NCBI GenBank assembly: GCA_030698625.1
Contig: JAUYMS010000027.1
Location: forward strand, 39,781 to 103,780
DNA: 64,000 nucleotides
Source: Candidatus Omnitrophota bacterium
Lineage (GTDB): Bacteria; Omnitrophota; Omnitrophia; Omnitrophales; Aquincolibacteriaceae
Reading direction: 5' to 3'
In this document: piece after piece, positions 28,993-37,070 of the stretch
Layout of the letters: each line of letters starts with the position of its first letter
Numbering within the stretch: position 1 is the stretch's first letter
Notes under the pieces: model-generated
Told to the model about the DNA's origin: nothing
What the model saw: only the letters and a program-made list of their open reading frames with translations
Databases searched by the model: none
Made by a program: the position numbers and the translations under genes

Positions 28993-29685
28993 ATGTTCAT
29001 AAAAGCCGAAAATATATCGAAGGTGTTTCAGGACCGCTCGCTCCCAGTCACTGCCCTCAAAGCAGTGAGCGTCGATATTGAGGAGGGGTCCTTTACGGTG
29101 CTCTGCGGGCCGTCGGGTTCCGGCAAGACAACACTCCTAAATCTGCTGGGTTGCCTTGATCGCCCTTCCGGAGGCCGAGTCTTTCTCAGAGGAGAAGAAA
29201 TCAGCGCCCTGTCTCAGGAAAAGCTCACGCGCTACCGGCTGCGGAAAATTGGCTTTGTTTTTCCTGATTTTAATCTCATTCCGACTCTGAGCGCCGTAGA
29301 AAATGTAGAGTATGTCCTTTGGCTTCAGGGCATCTCCGGAACAGAACGCCGCAAGCGCGCCGCCGCCATTTGCGAACGCTTTGGCATCGGCGCTCTAATT
29401 CACCGCCGCCCCCGTGAACTCAGCCGCGGACAACAGCAGCGTGTTGCGGTGGCCCGTGCCATCGTTCACAAACCAGAATTGGTTCTTGGCGATGAATTGA
29501 CCTCGAACCTAGATCATAAGACCGGGTCGGAGCTCATGGGTTTCTTAAAAGAATTAAATCGGGAAGAAAAAATGACTTTTATTTATGCCACCCATGACCC
29601 CGTCATGATCGAACGCGCCGGACGCGTGATTCGAATGCAGGACGGCGAAGTCGTCAGCGATGAAAAGACACGCGTTCATGCTTAG
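28993..29685 (+). CDS. ABC transporter ATP-binding protein (LolD/MacB-NBD-like)
   Basis: Walker A GPSGSGKTT, signature LSRGQQQRVAVARA, Walker B LVLGDELTSNLD. Confidence 0.85.
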   Translation: MFIKAENISKVFQDRSLPVTALKAVSVDIEEGSFTVLCGPSGSGKTTLLNLLGCLDRPSGGRVFLRGEEISALSQEKLTRYRLRKIGFVFPDFNLIPTLSAVENVEYVLWLQGISGTERRKRAAAICERFGIGALIHRRPRELSRGQQQRVAVARAIVHKPELVLGDELTSNLDHKTGSELMGFLKELNREEKMTFIYATHDPVMIERAGRVIRMQDGEVVSDEKTRVHA

Positions 29686-30910
29686 GAAGTTCCTAGCCGG
29701 GTATCTAGCCGCAGCATTACTATTGCCGGTTTGCGCGTTTGCCGAGGAAACGACCCAACCGCCGCTGGAAGTCAAACGGCCCTCTTTGAAAATTCAATTT
29801 TCCGGTTACGCCAAGAGCCAGAGTTTCTTTACGCAAACCAGCGGATTCTCTCCTGAGTTTGTCGACAACCCCGCACTCCTCGAACAGGACGAGAACAGCT
29901 TCAATGCTCTGCAGCGATTAAGACTAAAAATTAAAGCGTTGTATAAAATCTCCGATGAGACACGCGTGAGCGCTAACATCCATTATGACCACCAGGCCAA
30001 TTTCGGCACTTTCATTTCAACCGGAGACGCGCGTATCTCGAGAAAACAGGCGGAGGACCGTCAATTTCTTGACTTGAGTCAGACATTGATCGAGAACGAC
30101 GACACTGACTACCAGCATCGGTTGTACCGAGCCAGCGTTTTGCTTGAAACGCGTTATGCCGACGTAGAGATCGGCCGCCAGCAAATCCCTTGGGGAGTCG
30201 GTCACTTCTTCACGCCGACGGATGTCTTTAATTCCTTCAACCCCACACAAATCGAGCTCGAAGAGCGTGACGGCGTGGATGCCCTGCGCCTTAGATCACC
30301 GGCCATTCGAGGCGTTCAGGGCGAGTTTATTTATACGCCTCAGGGACGCCAGCTTCACCCGAGCCGTTTCATGGGCCGCCTATCGGGCGATTTTCGTGGT
30401 TATGAGATCGGAATTCTTGGCGGGCATATCAAGCGAGATAATGCAGTCGGTTTTGACTTCGCCGGTAATATCGGAGATTCATCGGTGCGCGGGGAACTTC
30501 TTTTCAGAAACGCCGACACTGAAAAGGATTATTTGAAATTTACGGTAAACGCTGACTACAATTTCCCTTTCAATCTCTACGGCCTTATCGAATACCACTT
30601 CAACGGCCAGGGACGTCGCGATACAGCTTCTTATCAACTTGATCGGCTCGTCCGCGGGGATATTCGTGAATTGGGCCGCAATTACGGAGCCGTCATGCTC
30701 GGGTATGATGTCACAGCACTGATTCGTTTGGAGAATAGGCTCATCATGAATTTAGATGACGCGAGCCTTTTTCTAAGACCGGAGGTCCAGTACGAGCTCA
30801 GTTCGGATTTGTTGTTTACCCTCGCGAGTCAGTTATTCCTGGGCTCCAACACCGACGAGTACGGAAGGCCGAAGAATCTCTTCTTCGGAGAGTTGACCTA
30901 CTCCTTCTAA
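29660..30910 (+). CDS. Outer-membrane beta-barrel protein (unknown family)
   Basis: Signal peptide ...AALLLPVCAFAEE, alternating beta-strand pattern rich in Y/F/G, C-terminal GELTYSF ending in Phe. Overlaps the ABC ATPase gene by 26 bp. Confidence 0.5.
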   Translation: MKRHAFMLRKFLAGYLAAALLLPVCAFAEETTQPPLEVKRPSLKIQFSGYAKSQSFFTQTSGFSPEFVDNPALLEQDENSFNALQRLRLKIKALYKISDETRVSANIHYDHQANFGTFISTGDARISRKQAEDRQFLDLSQTLIENDDTDYQHRLYRASVLLETRYADVEIGRQQIPWGVGHFFTPTDVFNSFNPTQIELEERDGVDALRLRSPAIRGVQGEFIYTPQGRQLHPSRFMGRLSGDFRGYEIGILGGHIKRDNAVGFDFAGNIGDSSVRGELLFRNADTEKDYLKFTVNADYNFPFNLYGLIEYHFNGQGRRDTASYQLDRLVRGDIRELGRNYGAVMLGYDVTALIRLENRLIMNLDDASLFLRPEVQYELSSDLLFTLASQLFLGSNTDEYGRPKNLFFGELTYSF

Positions 30911-32248
30911 AGCATATCGAATGAGATCTGCCATCGGGCGTTTTGCCGGGCATACATAACTACAGTTTCCGCAACCGATACAAGCTGAAATTCCCCAATC
31001 GGAAGCCATTTCAAAAAGGTCCGCCTCTGCCGCTTGTGTGATCATAACCGGCGATATCTCCACCGGGCAGGCACTGACGCAATCCCCGCAATGAATGCAG
31101 GCATGCACTTCTTCCGGCTTTGTCACTTCATGAGGCAGCGCAAGAATGGCCTCGGTTTGCGCTATGACGCAGGCATCCCAGTCTCGCTGAGCAATGCCTT
31201 TCATTGGGCCGCCCATGAGAATCTTCTCCGGCCCCCGCATCAGCCCACGGCAACTCTTCACGGCATCCTGAAAAGAAATACCAAAGGGCAACCAAATGTT
31301 ACGGGGTTCAATGATGCATTCTCCGGCCACCGTAACCACCCTTTCATATAAGGGTTTGTGGTACCGTACAGCTTCATAGACCGAAAACAGAGTGGCCGTA
31401 TCTTCAATCGCTATGCCCGCTTGATGAGCGAGCTCAAGATAACCGTCTCGCGCGCTCTCGGCGAATCTCAGTTGCATGAGCGCGCCGGCATTCCGAATTA
31501 AATCGATTCCAAGTACGTCGCGAATGAGCGGGAGGGTTTCCGACTGCGGATACCTTTCGGATAATAACGTGACTTTGAAGTGCTTCCACTTGAGGAAGAA
31601 GATCTTGCTCCGCAGGAGTTCCGCGATTTCGGACTTGCTCGCATCAAGAGCAATCACGACCCGCTCCGCCCCTATGAGGCTTCGCATGCTTTCGGCGCCG
31701 CGGAGGATCTCGACAGGATGCGACATCAGGAGTGCGTGGGCCGAAGTAACGTAGGGGTCGGTTTCGCATCCGTTGACAATCAGTGTCCGGAGTTCGCCTT
31801 GCGAAATGGGCTCGTACTTTGCATGCAGCGGATTTCCTGCTTCCATGCTCATCAAACCGCTCTCGCGAAAGATCGCAAATAAATTACTGCGGCTCAGGAG
31901 CTCCCAACCTTCCCTTTCCGAATTGACCTCCGGTGACCACCCGAAGGTTTCATCACCGCTAATCTCGACGGCAAGACCCGTGCCCCCCTTTGAATCGGGA
32001 AATCGATCAATCCGAGTGACCTCCCCGGGCATGCTGGCGTGGGACGGAACAGCATCGGCATCGACGGGCATCGCGACCACTTGGCCGGCTATCACAACAG
32101 TGCCCACTTCGACACAGACTTCCTGCCGGTAAGGCTCGCGCTCCCGGATGAGAATACGCACTTTCGCAGGACGGGTCCTGCTGCGCTTGATAGCCCAAGA
32201 GACCAAGCTTGACTCTTTCTTCGACTCAAGCGCGAGCCCGCCGATCAT
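30833..32248 (-). CDS. RnfC-like electron-transfer protein with two [4Fe-4S] motifs (paralog with a degenerate NADH site)
   Basis: IVNGCETDPYVT (compare RnfC INAAECEPYIT), MGGPMKG (compare RnfC GGPLMG), and CIHCGDCVSACP plus CIGCGNCSYVCP ferredoxin motifs. The GGAGFPT NADH motif is not conserved. Confidence 0.6.
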   Translation of the reverse strand: MIGGLALESKKESSLVSWAIKRSRTRPAKVRILIREREPYRQEVCVEVGTVVIAGQVVAMPVDADAVPSHASMPGEVTRIDRFPDSKGGTGLAVEISGDETFGWSPEVNSEREGWELLSRSNLFAIFRESGLMSMEAGNPLHAKYEPISQGELRTLIVNGCETDPYVTSAHALLMSHPVEILRGAESMRSLIGAERVVIALDASKSEIAELLRSKIFFLKWKHFKVTLLSERYPQSETLPLIRDVLGIDLIRNAGALMQLRFAESARDGYLELAHQAGIAIEDTATLFSVYEAVRYHKPLYERVVTVAGECIIEPRNIWLPFGISFQDAVKSCRGLMRGPEKILMGGPMKGIAQRDWDACVIAQTEAILALPHEVTKPEEVHACIHCGDCVSACPVEISPVMITQAAEADLFEMASDWGISACIGCGNCSYVCPAKRPMADLIRYALEGVGQLSEEEILRPSVLVGVGAQE

Positions 32249-33165
32249 AAAGTATTCACTGCCTCGTTAAGTCGCCCCTGACGGTAACCTTCGGAATCCA
32301 TTTCCACTGCGGCGAAGCCGAGTTTTCGCAATGTAACGGAAATTCGCTCACGCAAATCGGCGTCATTCATCAGTCGCCCGAGTTCCGCCCCGCCCACTTC
32401 CACGCGGGCTATGGTTCCGCCGTGGCGAACACGTACAATGTGAAAGCCTTCGGCCTTTATCGCGTGCTCTGCTTCGTCAATCATCCGTAGCTTTTCAGCC
32501 GTCACAGACTCCCCGTAGGGAACACGGCTTGAGAGACAGGGGGCCGCCGGTTTATCCCAATTCGGAAGACCCAGGTCTTTGGCAATTGCCCGCACTCTCG
32601 CTTTATTGATACCGGCTTCACACAGCGGGCTGCGGACATTACGCTCACGCCCTGCTGCGATACCGGGACGCCAATCCCCGAGATCATCGGTATTCACACC
32701 GTTGGCAATTATTTTCAGACCCCATTGTTCCGCAAGAGGAAAGAGATGATCGTACAGCTCAGTCTTGCAGTAGTAACACCGGTTATGCGGATTGCGCGCG
32801 TAGTTTGCATTATCCAATTCCCGCGTCTCGACCCATTCATGCCTAAAACCGTGTTGGTGCACCATCTCGTCAATCCAGCCGGCCTCACGAACGGGCAAGG
32901 ACTCGCTTCTCGCCGTGACAGCCAACGCACGATCCCGGCCAAGTATATCGTAAGCCACTTTCATCACAACCGTCGAATCGACACCTCCCGAAAAAGCCAC
33001 GAGGACGCTGTCGTACGATGCGACTATCTGACGCAGCTTCAATAACACTGACCTATCCAATCCAACCGCCCCCAATAACCTTCGTGTCGTCATAGAAAAC
33101 AGCCGCCTGCCCCGGGGTAATGGCATCTTGAGCGTCATCAAAATGAACTTCCACCGCACCGTCAT
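32245..33165 (-). CDS. PP-loop ATP pyrophosphatase, LarE-like (TIGR00268-type sulfur transferase family)
   Basis: PP-loop VAFSGGVDSTVV, conserved Cys in PCLSSR. The track start overlaps mnmA by 113 bp, so the real start is probably an internal or alternative codon. Confidence 0.6.
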   Translation of the reverse strand: MTVRWKFILMTLKMPLPRGRRLFSMTTRRLLGAVGLDRSVLLKLRQIVASYDSVLVAFSGGVDSTVVMKVAYDILGRDRALAVTARSESLPVREAGWIDEMVHQHGFRHEWVETRELDNANYARNPHNRCYYCKTELYDHLFPLAEQWGLKIIANGVNTDDLGDWRPGIAAGRERNVRSPLCEAGINKARVRAIAKDLGLPNWDKPAAPCLSSRVPYGESVTAEKLRMIDEAEHAIKAEGFHIVRVRHGGTIARVEVGGAELGRLMNDADLRERISVTLRKLGFAAVEMDSEGYRQGRLNEAVNTL

Positions 33166-34147
33166 CGCCGACCGTTAATGTCGCCAGCGCCTTTTGATGC
33201 TGCGAACGTATTTTGACATGCGCCCTTATCGGCGCATCTCCTTCCGGCGGCAAAAACCAATTCATGCGCCGCACCGTACAAGTGACATCAAAAACCTCTT
33301 CTTTGGTGCCTACGATCACTTCATTTTTCTTCGGATCAATTTCCACGACGTAAAGCCTTTCGCTGTGGGGAATTCCCAACCCTCGGCGTTGGCCGCGAGT
33401 GTAATGATAATGACCTTGATGTTCGCCGAGCACGCGGCCGTCGCGAGTTCGAATCTTTCCCACGTGAGAGCCGGCCTCAATTTTTTCCGCAGCCTGGTAT
33501 TCGCGATCCAGAAATGTCGCGTAGTCATTGCTGGGAATAAAACAGATCTCTTGCGAATCCGGCTTGTCCATGACGCACAGATTTAACTGCTTGGCCTTTT
33601 CACGAATTGCCGACTTGGTAAAATGTCCAAGGGGCAAAAAAAGATGGGCCAACACGTCGCGGTCCAGCGGGAACAGCACATACGATTGATCCTTGGCGGC
33701 ATCAATACCCTCCGCAATGTAAAAACTATCTGGAGAGTTTCCGTGGTGAAGTTGCGCGTAATGGCCCGTTGCGATCGCCTCATAACCCAGCTGGCGGGCC
33801 CGCTTCAGAAAAAGGCGAAACTTCACATGCTCATTGCAGGCAATACAAGGATTAGGGGTACGGCCCCGCTCATACTCCGAGGCAAAATAATCCACCACGA
33901 ATTTCTTGAAAGGCTTTTCGAAATTGAAAACCCAGTAAGGAATATCCAGGTTCTCTGCTACGCTGCGTGCATCCTCCACACCCGTAAGCCCGCAACAGGC
34001 ACGCGTATTGAGGTCCTCACAACTGTTCGAGGCCCAGGTGCGAATAGTAGCCCCCGCCACGTCATGCCCCTGCTCCTTCAGGATTGCCGCAGCGACAGAA
34101 CTATCCACCCCGCCGCTCATGGCGACGAGTATTCGTTTTTTTTCCAT
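33053..34147 (-). CDS. mnmA: tRNA 2-thiouridine(34) synthase
   Basis: PP-loop VAMSGGVDSSVAA and catalytic Cys residues (CCGLTG, CIACN); 364 aa. Confidence 0.85.
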   Translation of the reverse strand: MEKKRILVAMSGGVDSSVAAAILKEQGHDVAGATIRTWASNSCEDLNTRACCGLTGVEDARSVAENLDIPYWVFNFEKPFKKFVVDYFASEYERGRTPNPCIACNEHVKFRLFLKRARQLGYEAIATGHYAQLHHGNSPDSFYIAEGIDAAKDQSYVLFPLDRDVLAHLFLPLGHFTKSAIREKAKQLNLCVMDKPDSQEICFIPSNDYATFLDREYQAAEKIEAGSHVGKIRTRDGRVLGEHQGHYHYTRGQRRGLGIPHSERLYVVEIDPKKNEVIVGTKEEVFDVTCTVRRMNWFLPPEGDAPIRAHVKIRSQHQKALATLTVGDDGAVEVHFDDAQDAITPGQAAVFYDDTKVIGGGWIG

Positions 34148-34160
34148 TTTAGTATCCTAA

Positions 34161-34943
34161 TTAAACCGGCAGGCTTGGAACGGAATAAATCTGGTCAACT
34201 TGTATCCGTTCTTGAAAAATTTCCTTCAACCGTCCATACCTGCATGTATCCACGTCGAGGTCATCCATTTCAGGCAGGGATCCGAGAACAGGTACACCGG
34301 AGAGCTCGTGAATGACTTTTGGGTTGGTGATTTCAGCCAATGAGACATTCGTTTTGGCCATACGATTGAAAATTACACCGCGCACTTCAAAACCGCGGAT
34401 CACTGCAGCATCGATTGTCAAAAGCGTGTGGTTGATCGCTCCGAGCCCCCCTTTTGAAACAATGAGAAGGGGAAGCTGAAATTCACGGACTAAGTTCGCG
34501 ACAAAATAGTCTTTGGAAAACGGCACGAGTAAGCCGCCGATCCCTTCCACAATGATAAAATCGTAGTTTTTCTGCAATTCTCCGAACGATCTTCGAATCT
34601 GCGGCAGGTCGACCTCGCGCTTCTCCAAAACCGCGGCAACGCTTGGGGCGAGGGCGTGACGGTATCGCACAGGACTGGTTAAAGGCGGGTACTCATTCTC
34701 GGCCGCCTCTAAGAGATAGGCGCTATCATGACAGATCAGACGTTTGCCAAATTCCATACAGCCCGTTCCTACGGGCTTCATGACACCCACCTTCATCCCC
34801 CGGGATTTCAATGCCATGGCCAAACCGGCAGCCACGACGGTTTTTCCGACTCCTGTATCGGTTCCAGTAATAAAAATTCCCGGCTTATACGCAGGCATAC
34901 GCCCCGCCTTTCTCTTTAACCGTCGCCTCGATAATCGACGCAT
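34161..34943 (-). CDS. bioD: Dethiobiotin synthetase
   Basis: P-loop GTDTGVGKT and conserved BioD core. Confidence 0.85.
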   Translation of the reverse strand: MRRLSRRRLKRKAGRMPAYKPGIFITGTDTGVGKTVVAAGLAMALKSRGMKVGVMKPVGTGCMEFGKRLICHDSAYLLEAAENEYPPLTSPVRYRHALAPSVAAVLEKREVDLPQIRRSFGELQKNYDFIIVEGIGGLLVPFSKDYFVANLVREFQLPLLIVSKGGLGAINHTLLTIDAAVIRGFEVRGVIFNRMAKTNVSLAEITNPKVIHELSGVPVLGSLPEMDDLDVDTCRYGRLKEIFQERIQVDQIYSVPSLPV

Positions 34944-36273
34944 AGGTTATGTCCAACAAATCGCCTAACTCATCTATCGTCATTGCAAGCGGGGGCATTA
35001 ACACCACAACTGCGCCCAACGGCCGAATAATTGCCCCCTTTTCACGGGCTTTGAGAATCACCTGATGGCCGATCTGCTCTTCAGCAGCAAACGGGGCCTT
35101 TGCCGCCTTGTTGCGAACGAGTTCAATCCCCACCATAAATCCTGCCTGCCGCACATCCCCCACCGTCTCAAGCACGGAGAAATTTTTGAGTCTTTCGGTC
35201 AGAAATCGAATCTTCGGTTGCAATGCCTCAAGAACGCGGTTCTTTTCAAACAGTGCCAGATTCGCTAGTGCCACACGGCAAGCAAGCGGATTGGCTGTGT
35301 ATGTATGGCCGTGAAAGAACGTCTTGTACTCCCCATACTCGCCCAGGAAAGCCTCGTACACCGCTTCGGTGGCAAGAGTTGCTGCCAGAGGCATATAGCC
35401 CCCGGTAATCCCCTTGGCAAGCGCCATCAAGTCAGGGGTAATACCTTCGTGTTCACTCGCAAACATCGCACCCGTTCGTCCAAAACCCGTGGCGACTTCG
35501 TCAAAAATCAAAAGCACATTGTATTTGCGCGCCAAGTCTCGGGCTCCTGAGAGATATCCGGCGGGCTGATCAATCATACCTCCGGCCCCCTGAATAACAG
35601 GTTCCATGATGAGGGCGGCAATCTCTTCGTGATGGGCGCCGAGCACCTCTTCCATCTTCACAAGCGCTTCTCTGCGTACCTGCTCCGGATCATCGCCGGT
35701 CGGCCAGCGGTAGCGGTAAGGTGTCGGCACCGTATAGGTTTTAAATAATAACGGATGAAAAATCTCGTGAAAGAGATCAATGCCGCCGACACTCACTGAT
35801 CCTAGAGTATCTCCGTGATAAGCCAACGACAACTTAGCAAATTTAGTTTTTGAAGGTTTCCCTTTATGCCGCCAATACTGGAGCGCCATCTTGACGGCCA
35901 CTTCCACTGCGGCAGAGCCGGAATCGGAATAGAAGACGCGAGAGAGTCCGGGAGGAGCTATCGAAATAAGTTTTTCGGCCAGCTCGATCGCCGGAACATT
36001 TGAAAGCCCGAGGAAAGTGGAGTGAGCAACCTGCCCAAGCTGATCCACTATGGCTTGATCCAGCTCCGGCACTTGATGTCCGTGCACGTTACACCAAAGC
36101 GAAGAGACGCCGTCGAGGTACTTCCGACCCCGCACATCTTCAAGATAAACACCGCGAGCCCGCTCAATGACGAGCATCTCATCACGGGCCCAGTCTCTCA
36201 TTTGTGTAAACGGATGCCAAAGGTAGCGCTTATCTTTCGCCTGTAAGGATTCGAATCTCGACTGTGCTTGCAT
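34885..36273 (-). CDS. bioA: Adenosylmethionine-8-amino-7-oxononanoate aminotransferase
   Basis: Class III aminotransferase with PLP-Lys region (FDEVATGFGRTG); located in the bio cluster. Confidence 0.85.
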   Translation of the reverse strand: MQAQSRFESLQAKDKRYLWHPFTQMRDWARDEMLVIERARGVYLEDVRGRKYLDGVSSLWCNVHGHQVPELDQAIVDQLGQVAHSTFLGLSNVPAIELAEKLISIAPPGLSRVFYSDSGSAAVEVAVKMALQYWRHKGKPSKTKFAKLSLAYHGDTLGSVSVGGIDLFHEIFHPLLFKTYTVPTPYRYRWPTGDDPEQVRREALVKMEEVLGAHHEEIAALIMEPVIQGAGGMIDQPAGYLSGARDLARKYNVLLIFDEVATGFGRTGAMFASEHEGITPDLMALAKGITGGYMPLAATLATEAVYEAFLGEYGEYKTFFHGHTYTANPLACRVALANLALFEKNRVLEALQPKIRFLTERLKNFSVLETVGDVRQAGFMVGIELVRNKAAKAPFAAEEQIGHQVILKAREKGAIIRPLGAVVVLMPPLAMTIDELGDLLDITYASIIEATVKEKGGAYACV

Positions 36274-36293
36274 GGGAGGAATAGGCTTCCGGT

Positions 36294-37070
36294 TTAAAAA
36301 CTAACGACAACTTGATTATCATCTTCCCCGATGAGACAACGGAGACGGTTCTTGCCTTCGCGCTTTGCCTGATAAAGCGCCAGGTCTGCTCTCACGAGAA
36401 ATTCCGTCATGGTCTCTCCGAGACGGTAGCTGGTCAGGCCCGCGCTAAAAGTCGTATCGAGCCATTCTTGGACATTGATTTGAATTCGCGCCAAAAATTT
36501 TTCGGAGTTCACCAGATTTGTATGCGGGAGTAGAATGCAAAATTCGTCACCCCCATAGCGCCCCAGGGAATCGCTGGAACGGATTGCTTTTAGAATATGC
36601 TGAGAAAACTTCTTTAACAGTTCGTCTCCGCGAGGATGCCCGTAAGTGTCATTGAATGATTTAAAGTTATCGAGATCAATTAAACAAATGCTAAGAGGAA
36701 ATTTATACCGCCCTGCCCGCCGCATTTCCTCATCCAGAGTCTCTTCGAATGCAGAGCGATTAAAAGCCTGCGTCAATCCATCGTACATAGACTGAATTTC
36801 CAAACGCCGCCACCGGCCTTTCAATCGATTGAAGACAATCTGCTGTGCAACTTGAAAGACGGCGAAAGCCACAAGCAAGCTGAGCAAAACGTAAGGCACC
36901 CAATCTTGGCGTATAAGGGGTTTGCCGGCCGGAAGCAGAAGGTAGAGCAATCCCGCGAGGGCCGCAAAGGTGAACACAGCCGAGCATTTCTGAATAAAGC
37001 TCTGAGAGTCAAAAAGCCCGGCTATTTCTGCGGTAGCTCGGGTTGCTCGCCTTGGCTGCGTTTTTGTCAT
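36294..37070 (-). CDS. Membrane-anchored GGDEF diguanylate cyclase
   Basis: Two N-terminal TM helices, then a GGDEF domain with GRYGGDEF active site and DxLT-type motif (YDGLTQAFNR). Confidence 0.8.
   Translation of the reverse strand: MTKTQPRRATRATAEIAGLFDSQSFIQKCSAVFTFAALAGLLYLLLPAGKPLIRQDWVPYVLLSLLVAFAVFQVAQQIVFNRLKGRWRRLEIQSMYDGLTQAFNRSAFEETLDEEMRRAGRYKFPLSICLIDLDNFKSFNDTYGHPRGDELLKKFSQHILKAIRSSDSLGRYGGDEFCILLPHTNLVNSEKFLARIQINVQEWLDTTFSAGLTSYRLGETMTEFLVRADLALYQAKREGKNRLRCLIGEDDNQVVVSF

Noticed and set aside
33623-34315. 230-aa plus-strand ORF
   Set aside because: It is antisense to mnmA, which has unambiguous PP-loop and catalytic Cys motifs.
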